Shown here piece by piece: positions 20,477 through 29,455 of a stretch of 64,000 bases of DNA. Position 1 is the stretch's first letter; every line of letters begins with the position of its first letter. The translations under genes were made by a program, and so were the position numbers. The notes below the pieces were generated by a model. It was not told the origin of the DNA and ran no database searches. It was given only the letters and a program-made list of their open reading frames with translations. The DNA comes from Alphaproteobacteria bacterium (GTDB lineage: Bacteria; Pseudomonadota; Alphaproteobacteria; CAAHEQ01; UBA3637). The DNA lies in NCBI GenBank assembly GCA_017533325.1, contig JAFXIF010000044.1, positions 4,345 to 68,344 on the forward strand. The letters run 5' to 3'.

Positions 20477-20494
20477 TGGCGGGCTGGCTGGATT
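20477..20494 (-). repeat. Partial duplicate of the tRNA-Gln 3' end (att-like)
   Basis: Minus strand reads ATCCAGCCAGCCCGCCA, which matches the last 18 nt of tRNA-Gln (ATCCAGCCAGCCCAGCCA) apart from 1 indel. It lies ~150 bp downstream of the tRNA. Confidence 0.45.
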
Positions 20495-20574
20495 GTAAAT
20501 TGCAAAGCAATTTATCCCTCGTAAACTCGGGACCGCCTAACGGCGTCGTTCGCTTTCGGCTCACCGAACCAACT

Positions 20575-20645
20575 TCATGCCATTCGTTGCTCAAATCCCC
20601 TCAACTTAGCCAACAAAAAAACCTCCGCAAGGGAGGTTTTTTTAT
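20575..20645. repeat. Copy C of the flank repeat, the native 3' flank and terminator of tRNA-Gln
   Basis: TCGTTGCTCAAATCCCCTCAACTTAGCCAACAAAAAAA, hairpin CCTCCGCAAGGGAGG, then TTTTTTTATTGG, running straight into the tRNA 3' end. Confidence 0.55.
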
Positions 20646-20720
20646 TGGCTGGGCTGGCTGGATTCGAACCAACGAATGACGGTATCAAAAACCGTTGCCT
20701 TACCACTTGGCGACAGCCCA
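20646..20720 (-). tRNA. tRNA-Gln (anticodon UUG)
   Basis: Minus strand reads TGGGCTGTCGCCAAGTGGTAAGGCAACGGTTTTTGATACCGTCATTCGTTGGTTCGAATCCAGCCAGCCCAGCCA. Cloverleaf with a GGTTCGAATCC T-arm and encoded CCA. Anticodon loop TTTTGAT. Confidence 0.85.
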
Positions 20721-20861
20721 ATTTTTCATTGGTAATCGTATTTATATTCCATTTTGGTATAAAATGCAAGTGTTTTTTTTGCTTTTTGTAAAAAAATATT
20801 ACAAATAGTTATATTTTTTGTTTTTTTGAGCACTATTTGTGTTCTTTCCCTTTTGATTAGT

Positions 20862-21171
20862 TGGCGCACTTGTCTCGATTATTCGCTATCGCTCACCCAT
20901 AAAGGGCTGTCTCATTTCATTCGACATTGGCTCGGGCATAAAAGCCCTTGCCCCGAACTCACTTTGCGAGTTCTTCTCTCGCCAAGTATAAAAAAACCAC
21001 CCCTAAAGGTGGTTTTTGGCGCACTTGTCTCGATTATTCGCTAACGCTCACCCATAAAGGGCTGTCTCATTTCATTCGACATTGGCTCGGGCATAAAAGC
21101 CCTTGCCCCGAACTCACTTCGCGAGTTCTTCTCCCGCCAAGTATAAAAAAACCACCCTCAAAGGTGGTTTT
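20862..21171. repeat. Tandem 155-bp repeat (2 units), each ending in a copy of the tRNA-Arg 3' end
   Basis: Units at 20862-21016 and 21017-21171 are ~95% identical. On the minus strand each unit ends in ...CGAATAATCGAGACAAGTGCGCCA (compare the tRNA-Arg 3' end CGAATCTCGCCAAGTGCGCCA). Each unit also has its own AAACCACC(ttt)GGTGGTTTTT terminator hairpin. The units are comparatively GC-rich. Confidence 0.8.
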
Positions 21172-21248
21172 TGGCGCACTTGGCGAGATTCGAACTCACG
21201 ACCCTTGCCTTCGGAGGGCAATACTCTATCCAGCTGAGCTACAAGTGC
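21172..21248 (-). tRNA. tRNA-Arg (anticodon CCG)
   Basis: Minus strand reads GCACTTGTAGCTCAGCTGGATAGAGTATTGCCCTCCGAAGGCAAGGGTCGTGAGTTCGAATCTCGCCAAGTGCGCCA. Anticodon loop CTCCGAA. Confidence 0.85.
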
Positions 21249-21305
21249 ATAAATGTTGCTCTTCTTATACGATATTTTCTTAAAAAAAGCAACAAATTTA
21301 TCTTT

Positions 21306-22571
21306 TTATTGATTCATACTTTCAAAAAATTCGTCGTTTGTTTTTGTTTGTTTTAATTTATCCATTAAAAATTCCATGGAATCTGTAACACCCATTGGCA
21401 TTAAAATTCGGCGCAAAATCCAAACTTTCGGAAGTTTATTTTTATCAACAAGCAAATCTTCGTTTCTTGTTCCGGATTTGATGATATCAATAGCCGGGAA
21501 AATGCGTTTATCAGAAACTTTTCGATCCAAAATAATTTCGGAATTACCTGTTCCTTTAAATTCTTCAAAAATAACTTCATCCATTCTGGAGCCTGTTTCA
21601 ATTAATGCTGTTCCGAAAATAGTGAGAGAACCTCCTTCTTCAACATTTCTGGCAGCACCAAAGAAGCGTTTTGGTTTTTGAAGCGCATTTGCATCAACCC
21701 CACCGGTTAAAACCTTTCCTGAACTTGGAATGACGGTATTATAAGCGCGGGATAAGCGCGTAATCGAATCAAGTAAAATAATAACATCTTTTTTATGTTC
21801 AACCAATCGTTTTGCTTTTTCAATAACCATTTCGGCAACTTGAACATGGCGAACGGCAGGTTCGTCAAAAGTTGAGCTGATAACTTCTCCTTTGATTGAG
21901 CGAATCATATCCGTCACTTCTTCTGGTCTTTCATCAATAAGCAAAACAATTAAATGAGCTTCCGGATGATTTTTTTCAATGGAGTGGGCAATGTTTTTTA
22001 ACATCACTGTTTTCCCTGTTCTTGGAGGAGCAACAATCAAACACCGTTGTCCTTTACCTTGTGGACAAACAAGGTCGATAATTCTTGGCGTTAAATCTTT
22101 AGAAGCTTTCGGATCGCCATTGCCATATTCCATAACAATCGGTTGATTTGGATAAAGTGGAGTTAAGTCGTCAAAATTAACGCGATAGCGCAATTCTTCC
22201 GGTTCTTGATAGTTAACGGTATTAATTTTTGTAAGTGAAAAATATTTTTCACCATTTTTAGGAGCAATAATTTCGCCGATAATTGTGTCGCCGGTTCTTA
22301 ATCCCCATTTTTTGATATGGTGTGGTGCCACATAGATATCATCAGGACCGGCCAAATAATTGGCTTCGGCGGAACGTAAAAAACCAAAACCATCTGCCAT
22401 GACCTCTAAAACCCCTTCGCCTATTAAAGACGCTTCGGATTCAGAAAGCTTTTTTAAAATGGCATACATTAAGTCTTGAGTTCTTAAGGATGAAGCGTTT
22501 TCAACTTCTAATTCTTCTGCATAGAGCAATAACTCGGCAGGAGTTTTCTTCTTTAAATCATTAAGTTGCAT
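21306..22571 (-). CDS. rho: Transcription termination factor Rho
   Basis: 421 aa with an N-terminal RNA-binding domain and a RecA-type ATPase carrying Walker A PRTGKT. Confidence 0.9.
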   Translation of the reverse strand: MQLNDLKKKTPAELLLYAEELEVENASSLRTQDLMYAILKKLSESEASLIGEGVLEVMADGFGFLRSAEANYLAGPDDIYVAPHHIKKWGLRTGDTIIGEIIAPKNGEKYFSLTKINTVNYQEPEELRYRVNFDDLTPLYPNQPIVMEYGNGDPKASKDLTPRIIDLVCPQGKGQRCLIVAPPRTGKTVMLKNIAHSIEKNHPEAHLIVLLIDERPEEVTDMIRSIKGEVISSTFDEPAVRHVQVAEMVIEKAKRLVEHKKDVIILLDSITRLSRAYNTVIPSSGKVLTGGVDANALQKPKRFFGAARNVEEGGSLTIFGTALIETGSRMDEVIFEEFKGTGNSEIILDRKVSDKRIFPAIDIIKSGTRNEDLLVDKNKLPKVWILRRILMPMGVTDSMEFLMDKLKQTKTNDEFFESMNQ

Positions 22572-22767
22572 GTGAACCTTATATAAAAAATGGGAAAATA
22601 AAAATTAAGGATAACTCGAATTGGCATAAACAGATGTGGCCAAATTCCATAATATATATCTTAGCTGAAAAAAGTTTATCTGTCAACGAAATAATTAAAA
22701 ATAACTGGACTTTAATGCTTTTTTATGGGAAGATATAAAGACTGACGAATAAAGAAGGGGTGTCAAA

Positions 22768-23907
22768 ATGGAACTTTGCGAATATCAAAATAAAAGGTTA
22801 CTCCGAGATAATAAAATCCCCGTTTTAAAAGGGGGGGTAGCCTATACGGTTGAAGAGGCCGTTCAAATCGCATCAGATATGAATGCTCAAAGTTATCGAT
22901 TGCATGTTCAAATTCCGCAAGGCGAAAAAATTTTAAAATATATTCCCTCCGTTAAAGGAAATTTGGATGCTCATTCAATAGAAGAAGTTGAAAAGTTGGC
23001 AACCAAGTTATTTCAAACAAAAGTTGTTACCATATCTAATCGAGAATATCCGGTTCAACGAATTTATATTGAAGAATTATGTCAAATTGAAAAAAGATTA
23101 TCATTTTCAATGAGGGTTGACACGCAAAAACAAAAGATGATTTTTTCATTTTTTTGCAAAAAAAAGAAGAATATGGAATGTGAAATTCCTTTGAAAAAGC
23201 CAACGGTTTTGTTTTGGTGCCGACTATTAAAAATTTTTGAATTTCAGGGGATGCAAAGTGCTGCTTTATTGCCGATTTTGAAAAATATGTATTCCTTTTT
23301 TATGAAATACAATGTTGTTTTTATGGAATTTGATCCGTTGGTTTTAACCAAAGAGGGAAAGTGGATTGTGCTTGATAGCCAAATCCAATTTGATGATGAA
23401 GCCTTGTTTTTGCATCCTGAAATTTCTAAATTAAGAGAAACGCCGAAAGGTGAGGAATCTCAAGAAAGGGCGCGTCTTTATAATTTCAGATATTTACCGT
23501 TTGACGGGAATATCGCTTGTTTGGTTAATGGGTCGGGTTTAGGGGCGGCCACAATTGATATGATTGTGGAGCACGGCGGGCGACCGGCTTGTTTGTTGGA
23601 TGTTGGAACCGAACCGACAAAAGAATCGGTTTTTCAGGCCTTGAAATTAGCTTTAAGCGAGCCGAATGTTGAGGGTATTTTTGTGAATATCTTTGGTGGA
23701 ATAACCCGTTGTGATGTGATTGCGGACGGATTAATTTCCGCTTCTCAGGAAATATCGGTTGGTATGCCTTTAGTTGTTCGTATGGATGGAACGAATGCTT
23801 TGGTTGGGTCAAGGCTTCTTTTTGATTCGCGTTTACCTCTCATTGTGATGAAGGAATTTGATGAGGCTGTTAAAACGATTATTAAACAGGTGGAGGATTT
23901 GTTATGA
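22768..23907 (+). CDS. Succinyl-CoA synthetase beta-subunit-like protein (divergent, ATP-grasp motifs degenerate)
   Basis: Aligns along its length to SucC, with NIACLVNGSGLGAATIDMIVEHGG and NIFGGITRCDVIADG blocks retained. The N-terminal ATP-grasp GGRGK-type loop is absent. Confidence 0.55.
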   Translation: MELCEYQNKRLLRDNKIPVLKGGVAYTVEEAVQIASDMNAQSYRLHVQIPQGEKILKYIPSVKGNLDAHSIEEVEKLATKLFQTKVVTISNREYPVQRIYIEELCQIEKRLSFSMRVDTQKQKMIFSFFCKKKKNMECEIPLKKPTVLFWCRLLKIFEFQGMQSAALLPILKNMYSFFMKYNVVFMEFDPLVLTKEGKWIVLDSQIQFDDEALFLHPEISKLRETPKGEESQERARLYNFRYLPFDGNIACLVNGSGLGAATIDMIVEHGGRPACLLDVGTEPTKESVFQALKLALSEPNVEGIFVNIFGGITRCDVIADGLISASQEISVGMPLVVRMDGTNALVGSRLLFDSRLPLIVMKEFDEAVKTIIKQVEDLL

Positions 23908-24758
23908 CGATTAAATTTCCTAACAAAAAAACGCCGATTTTGTATCAAGGAATTACAGCAAGTTCCGGAGCAACCCATGTTGAAAAAGCAATTTTTTATG
24001 GTTCAAATGTTGTTGCCGGTGTCAGTAAAGATAAATCGGTTACAATGTTTCAAAATGTGCCTGTTTTTCAAACGGTAAGAGATGCCGTAAAAAAAACAAA
24101 ACCGCAAATCAGTGTTATCTTTTCAAGTCCGCAACGGGCACTTCAAGATGTTGAGGAGGCGGCAAAGGCTAGAATTCCTTTAATTATATGTCCGACAAAT
24201 CATGTGCCTTATAAAGATGTGTTGGAAATGAAACAATTAGCTCTCAAATATAAAGTGGAACTGATTGGTCCTTCAGCGCCGGGTCTTGTAACGCCGGGGC
24301 AATCGGTTGCAGGAACGGTGCCAGCACATTTGTTTCATAAAGGTAATATCGGAATTGTTTCAAGATCAAGCTCGTTAACATACGAAACCGTGCAACAATT
24401 AGCCAAATATGATTTAGGAGTTTCCTCATGTGCAGCTATTGGGTCTGCTGCAATTCTTGGAACGGGGTTTATTCCGATTATTGAGGCATTTTTAAAAGAT
24501 AGTAAAACAAAAGCCATTTTAATTATCGGAAAGGCATCCGGTGATTTTGAATATGAATTGGCGCATTATTTAAAAAAGAAAAAACATTCAAAAAAAATTG
24601 CACTTTATATTCCAGGTCGTTTTTCAAAAGATGATGAAATTTCTTTAAAAGAAAAAGCGCTTGAAAAGTGTGGCGTTTATATTATTCGTTCCGGTGGAGC
24701 TATTGGAAAAGAAATTAAAAAAATTATAGAGGGAGAAAATATGAACAATGAAGCTTGA
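23904..24758 (+). CDS. Succinyl-CoA synthetase alpha-subunit-like protein lacking the phosphohistidine loop
   Basis: CoA-binding N-terminus (ILYQGITASSGATH) and GIVSRSSSLTYE are conserved. The MGHAGAI catalytic His segment is deleted. 4-nt overlaps with both neighbours. Confidence 0.6.
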   Translation: MTIKFPNKKTPILYQGITASSGATHVEKAIFYGSNVVAGVSKDKSVTMFQNVPVFQTVRDAVKKTKPQISVIFSSPQRALQDVEEAAKARIPLIICPTNHVPYKDVLEMKQLALKYKVELIGPSAPGLVTPGQSVAGTVPAHLFHKGNIGIVSRSSSLTYETVQQLAKYDLGVSSCAAIGSAAILGTGFIPIIEAFLKDSKTKAILIIGKASGDFEYELAHYLKKKKHSKKIALYIPGRFSKDDEISLKEKALEKCGVYIIRSGGAIGKEIKKIIEGENMNNEA

Positions 24759-25290
24759 AGAAATTCTTGTTACAAAAATGAGTCATGATTTAGCTGGTGC
24801 TGTTGGTGCATTGGATAATATGGCTGACTTGATTTTAATGGATGACTCATTTGTAAAAGAAGGGGGAATGTTGTTGAAGAAAACAACATTTACTTTGATT
24901 TCAAGATTAAAATTTTTTAGAGCTCTTTTAGGTATTGAAACAAAAATTGATTTTGAATTAGCTGATAATTATTTAAAAACACTTTCAAGTCCGATTGCTC
25001 TTGAAGGGGATATTTCAAAAAAACTTCATTTGATGTTTGTTTTGTTGGCGGCCTCAATTTTGATTGACGGAGGGTCTTTACAAATCAGTGATGAAGGGTT
25101 TGTTTGTATGGGAAATATAACTATTTCTGATGAAAAAAAATTTCATCTGTTAAATCGTTCAACAAATTTAAATATTGATAATGCATTATGGGTTTGGCTA
25201 TCGAATTGGATGATTGAAAATAAATTAAAAGCAGATATCTATCATGCCGGAGATGTTTTTTCATTGAGGTTTTTGTCTGAAACTTTGTAA
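24748..25290 (+). CDS. ChpT-like histidine phosphotransferase
   Basis: N-terminal LVTKMSHDLAGAVGALDNMADLIL matches the ChpT H-box region (LAARLCHDFISP..G.LDLL). 180 aa. In an operon after the sucCD-like pair. Confidence 0.5.
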   Translation: MKLEEILVTKMSHDLAGAVGALDNMADLILMDDSFVKEGGMLLKKTTFTLISRLKFFRALLGIETKIDFELADNYLKTLSSPIALEGDISKKLHLMFVLLAASILIDGGSLQISDEGFVCMGNITISDEKKFHLLNRSTNLNIDNALWVWLSNWMIENKLKADIYHAGDVFSLRFLSETL

Positions 25291-25398
25291 AATATCTTTG
25301 AAATAAAATATTTTTGCTTGATTTTTTTAACTTTTTTTGGCATACTCTACCTCCGATAAACATAGGAAACATTTTGTTATAAAGTAAGGAAAAGAAAT

Positions 25399-28300
25399 AT
25401 GTCACAACAAAAATATTATCCACAGTTAAATTCGCGTATCAGTTTTCCCGAAATGGAAAAAGAAATAATTGCTTATTGGGAAAAAGAAAAAACATTCCAA
25501 AAGTCGATTGATATTCGAAAAGAAGCCGAAGAATTTGTTTTTTATGATGGACCTCCGTTTGCAAACGGATTACCCCACTATGGGCATATTATGATTTCCT
25601 ATGTTAAAGATACAATTGCCCGTTTCCAAACAATGAACGGTAAGCGTGTTGAACGTCGTTTAGGGTGGGACTGTCATGGTCTTCCGGCAGAAATGGCCGC
25701 GGAAAAAGAGTTGGGTGTTTCCGGTCATAAAGCCATTGAAGAATTCGGTATTCAAAAATTTAATGATTTTTGTCGCACAAACGTTTTAAAATATTCAACG
25801 ATTTGGACAGATATGTTCCGCCGTATCGGTCGTTGGGTTGATTTTGATAATGATTATAAAACGATGGATCTTTCTTTTATGGAATCCATTATCTGTAACT
25901 TTAAACAATTATATGATAAAGGATTGGTTTATGAAGATTATCGTGTTCAACCATATTCTTGGTGTGCTCAAACACCGGTTTCAAATTTTGAAGTGAACTT
26001 GGGCTATCGTGATAAAACAGATACGGCGATTACAGTTTTGTTTAAACTTGAAAATGACATGAATATTCTTGTTTGGACAACAACACCGTGGACACTTCCT
26101 TCAAACTTAATGTTAGCGGTTGGTGAAGATATTGAGTATGCCGTTATGCAAGAAGGTGATGAAAAATATATTTTAGCCGAAGCTTTGCTTGGAAGATATA
26201 AGCAACAATTACAACATGCTGAACGTGTTGGAACAATGAAGGGTTCAGAATTGGTTGGGCTTTCCTATACGCCAATGTTCCCTTATTTTAAAGATTTGAA
26301 AGAAAAGGGTTGCTTTAAAGTTTTAAAGGGCGAATTTGTTTCTGTTGAAGACGGAACGGGTATTGTTCATATTGCTCCTGGTTTTGGTCAAGATGACTTT
26401 GATGTATGTCGTTCACTTAATCCGGAATTTCCGGTTGTTTGTCCGGTGGATGAAGCCGGGTGCTTTACTTCAGAAGTCCCAGATTATCAATCCAGACAAG
26501 TTTTTGATACAAACGAAGACATCATGACTTGGTTAAAAGAAAATCGTCTTTTGGTTAAAAAAGAACAAATTACACATAGTTATCCATATTGCTGGAGAAC
26601 AGATACGCCGCTTATTTATAAAGCAATGAGTGGTTGGTTTGTAAAAGTTTCTGATTTCAGAGATGAAATGGTTGCTTTAAATGAACAAATCACATGGACG
26701 CCGGATCACCTTAAAAACGGTCGTTTCGGAAAATGGCTTGAAGGTGCAAGAGATTGGTCAATTTCAAGAAATCGTTTTTGGGGAACACCGATTCCTGTTT
26801 GGAAATCCGATAATCCTCAATTCCCCCGTATTGATGTTTTTGGATCAATTGAAGAAATTAAGGAAAAAACAGGAATCGAAGTTAAAGATTTGCATCGACC
26901 GATTATTGATGATGTGGTTTACCAAAATCCGGATGATCCTTCAGGAAAAACGATGATGCGTCGTGTAACGGATGTTTTTGATTGTTGGTTTGAATCAGGA
27001 TCAATGCCGGAAGGACAATTGCACTATCCATTTGAAAATAAAAAATGGTTTGAAGAACATTTTCCGGCGGATTTTATTGTGGAAGCCATTGACCAAACAC
27101 GCGGTTGGTTCTATACACTTCATGTTTTAGGAACAGCCCTTCATCATAAACCGGCGTATAAAAATTGTTTATGCACAGGGTTGATTATGGCCGAAGGTGG
27201 CGTGAAGCTTTCTAAAAAATTAAAGAACTATCCGGATCCTTATGTTGTTTTAGATTCAATGGGTTCCGATGCTCTTCGTTGGTTCCTTGTTTCTTCACCG
27301 GTTATTAAAGGTGGTAACGTGATGATTGACCAAGAAGGGAAAGAAGTTTCAAAAGCTGCTCGTAAAGCATTAATGCCACTTTGGAATGCTTTTTATTTCT
27401 TCTGTTTATATGCCAATGCTGAGGGAATTAAAGCAACTAAAACTGTTGGTTCAGATGATGTGTTAGACAGATATATTTTATCCAAAGTAAAAGTTTTGGC
27501 ACAAGATGTTAAAAAGTCAATGGAAGAATATGATATTAACCAAGCCTGTGCTGATTGTGCTGAATTTTTGGATATTTTAAACAATTGGTATATTCGTCGT
27601 TCACGCACTCGTTTTTGGGATGGAACTGATTTAACAGCCTTTAATGTTTTATACACTGTTTTAATCACAATTGCAAAAGTGATGGCTCCGTTAATGCCAA
27701 TGATGTGTGAATATGTGTATCGTTCATTAACGGAAAAAGAATCCGTTCACTTAAGATCATATCCGGATGTCAGCGCTTTAACTCAAGACGTTGAATTGAT
27801 GGAAAAAATGGATTTAGTGAGAACAATTTCTTCAACAGCAAAGGCTATTCGTGAAGAACATCGTTTGCGCAATCGTTTGCCATTGCGTTCAATGACGATT
27901 GCCGGTACAAGTGTTGAAAAGCTTTATGAATTTGCAGAAGTTTTAAAAGAAGAAGTCAACGTTAAAGATATTGTTTTCAAAACAGATATTAATGAAGTGG
28001 CTGATACATTCCTTTATTTGAAAACACCGCTTATCGGAAAAAGATTAGGTCGTTTTATGAAGGATATTATGGCTGAATCCAAAGGAAATAATTGGAAACA
28101 AAATGAGGACGGAACTTTGTCAATTGCAGGTCAAATTTTAACTCAAGAAGAATATGAATTACGTCTTGTTTTAAAAGAAGGATTGCAAGGTCAAGCTTTA
28201 CCGGATAATACCGCTGTTATTCAATTAGACACACAAATTATTCCGGAACTTGAAAAAGAAGGAATTGCCAGAGATTTTGTCCGTATGATTCAATCTTTAA

Positions 28301-28506
28301 GAAAAGAAAAAGGGTTTGATGTTTCAGATCGTATTCAATTAACTTATACAACTGATTCTTCGTTGGTCAAAGAAGCGATCGCCGAACATGAAGCTTATAT
28401 TAAGGATCAAGTTTTGGCCGTTGAAATTAAAGAATCCACTGACTCTTTATTTAAACAAGAAGAGTTGGGCGATTCAAATATTTCATTTGATGTTATAAAA
28501 AATTAA
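25399..28506 (+). CDS. ileS: Isoleucyl-tRNA synthetase (type 2)
   Basis: 1035 aa with HIGH-type motif PHYGH and KMSKS-type KLSKKLKN. Eukaryote-like type-2 architecture. Confidence 0.9.
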   Translation: MSQQKYYPQLNSRISFPEMEKEIIAYWEKEKTFQKSIDIRKEAEEFVFYDGPPFANGLPHYGHIMISYVKDTIARFQTMNGKRVERRLGWDCHGLPAEMAAEKELGVSGHKAIEEFGIQKFNDFCRTNVLKYSTIWTDMFRRIGRWVDFDNDYKTMDLSFMESIICNFKQLYDKGLVYEDYRVQPYSWCAQTPVSNFEVNLGYRDKTDTAITVLFKLENDMNILVWTTTPWTLPSNLMLAVGEDIEYAVMQEGDEKYILAEALLGRYKQQLQHAERVGTMKGSELVGLSYTPMFPYFKDLKEKGCFKVLKGEFVSVEDGTGIVHIAPGFGQDDFDVCRSLNPEFPVVCPVDEAGCFTSEVPDYQSRQVFDTNEDIMTWLKENRLLVKKEQITHSYPYCWRTDTPLIYKAMSGWFVKVSDFRDEMVALNEQITWTPDHLKNGRFGKWLEGARDWSISRNRFWGTPIPVWKSDNPQFPRIDVFGSIEEIKEKTGIEVKDLHRPIIDDVVYQNPDDPSGKTMMRRVTDVFDCWFESGSMPEGQLHYPFENKKWFEEHFPADFIVEAIDQTRGWFYTLHVLGTALHHKPAYKNCLCTGLIMAEGGVKLSKKLKNYPDPYVVLDSMGSDALRWFLVSSPVIKGGNVMIDQEGKEVSKAARKALMPLWNAFYFFCLYANAEGIKATKTVGSDDVLDRYILSKVKVLAQDVKKSMEEYDINQACADCAEFLDILNNWYIRRSRTRFWDGTDLTAFNVLYTVLITIAKVMAPLMPMMCEYVYRSLTEKESVHLRSYPDVSALTQDVELMEKMDLVRTISSTAKAIREEHRLRNRLPLRSMTIAGTSVEKLYEFAEVLKEEVNVKDIVFKTDINEVADTFLYLKTPLIGKRLGRFMKDIMAESKGNNWKQNEDGTLSIAGQILTQEEYELRLVLKEGLQGQALPDNTAVIQLDTQIIPELEKEGIARDFVRMIQSLRKEKGFDVSDRIQLTYTTDSSLVKEAIAEHEAYIKDQVLAVEIKESTDSLFKQEELGDSNISFDVIKN

Positions 28507-28528
28507 AAAATTCATTTTGTATTTTTAA

Positions 28529-28566
28529 TACTCTGTGTTTTAAAAAAAGGCACAGAGTATTTTTTT
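28529..28566 (+). terminator. Rho-independent terminator after ileS
   Basis: TACTCTGTG(ttttaaaaaaagg)CACAGAGTA followed by a T7 run. Confidence 0.7.
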
Positions 28567-28617
28567 ATGAAAAAAACTTCGTTTTTTCATAAACTTCTTC
28601 TTGCATAAAAAATAAAA

Positions 28618-28632
28618 TTAACTTATTGTTAA
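28618..28632 (+). promoter_or_regulatory. Candidate CtrA box (TTAA-N7-TTAA) upstream of ctrA
   Basis: TTAACTTATTGTTAA lies 37 nt upstream of the ctrA start. The motif can occur by chance in AT-rich DNA. Confidence 0.3.
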
Positions 28633-28668
28633 GAAAGGTTAATAAAGTCTATCTAAAAAAGGGGCGAT

Positions 28669-29355
28669 ATGCGTATTTTACTTATCGAAGACGACAAAAC
28701 GGTTAGTCAAAATATCTCATTGATTTTAAAAAGAGAAAATATTGTTGTGGATTGTTCTTTCAAAGCGGAAGATGGCCTTGAAGATGCAAAACATTATGAA
28801 TATGATTTAATCATTTTAGATTTAGGGTTGCCGGATATGGATGGATGTGAAGCTATTCGGAAACTTCGCGGTATGCAAATTTCAACACCGGTATTGGTAT
28901 TATCCGGAATGGCGGCAATTGATAAAAAAGTGAATGCTTTAGCTTTTGGTTGTGATGATTATTTGACAAAACCTTTTGATACCAGAGAATTGATTGCAAG
29001 AATTAATGCACTTGTCCGCCGTTCTAAAGGCTATTGCGAAAATGTTATTCGAACCGGCGATATGGAAGTGAATTTAAATTCAAAAATTGTAACCATAATG
29101 GGAAAAACGCTTCATTTAACAAGTAAAGAATATGCTCTTTTTGAGTTGCTTGCTTTAAGAAAAGGGGCAACAATTAATAAAGAACAATTTTTAAATCATC
29201 TTTACGGAGGAATGGATGAACCGGAAGGCAAAATCATAGATGTTTTCTTGTGTAAAATTCGCCGTAAGATTGAAAAAATATCCCCGGAAGAAGAATATAT
29301 TCAAACTGTTTGGGGTAGGGGATATATTTTAAAAGATTTGCCCGTTCTTCAATAA
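28669..29355 (+). CDS. ctrA: Cell-cycle response regulator CtrA (OmpR family)
   Basis: 228 aa. The receiver and winged-helix domains track Caulobacter/Brucella CtrA closely (MRILLIEDD, LSGMAAIDKKVNALAFGCDDYLTKPF, LIARINALVRRSKG). Confidence 0.8.
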   Translation: MRILLIEDDKTVSQNISLILKRENIVVDCSFKAEDGLEDAKHYEYDLIILDLGLPDMDGCEAIRKLRGMQISTPVLVLSGMAAIDKKVNALAFGCDDYLTKPFDTRELIARINALVRRSKGYCENVIRTGDMEVNLNSKIVTIMGKTLHLTSKEYALFELLALRKGATINKEQFLNHLYGGMDEPEGKIIDVFLCKIRRKIEKISPEEEYIQTVWGRGYILKDLPVLQ

Positions 29356-29402
29356 AAAATAAAGTTTTTTATAAAAAGTATTTTTATCTTTTAGCCAATA
29401 AC

Positions 29403-29440
29403 AAAAAACGCCTTCTTAAAAAAGAAGGCGTTTTCGTTTG
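29403..29440. terminator. Bidirectional terminator between ctrA and the OMP gene
   Basis: CGCCTTCTT(aaaaa)AGAAGGCG flanked by an A-run and T-run. Confidence 0.6.
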
Positions 29441-29455
29441 AACACTTGTTCTTAA

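Noticed and set aside
20477-20720. Possibility that the tRNA-like 3' end duplicate plus tRNA-Gln represents a two-piece (permuted) tmRNA
   Set aside because: The upstream element is a complete canonical tRNA-Gln. The downstream copy lacks a T-arm (GGTTCGAnTCC) and no tag-peptide reading frame is evident. An att-site duplication explains it better.
20397-20769. ORFs 20397-20594, 20476-20679 and 20575-20769
   Set aside because: They overlap the tRNA-Gln gene, its terminator and the att-like duplicate. No RBS is present and the composition is non-coding-like.
20826-21283. ORFs 20826-21044, 20948-21283 and 21171-21356 from the six-frame track
   Set aside because: They read through the tandem 155-bp repeat and the tRNA-Arg gene. 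The apparent paralogous peptides are artefacts of the DNA repeat.
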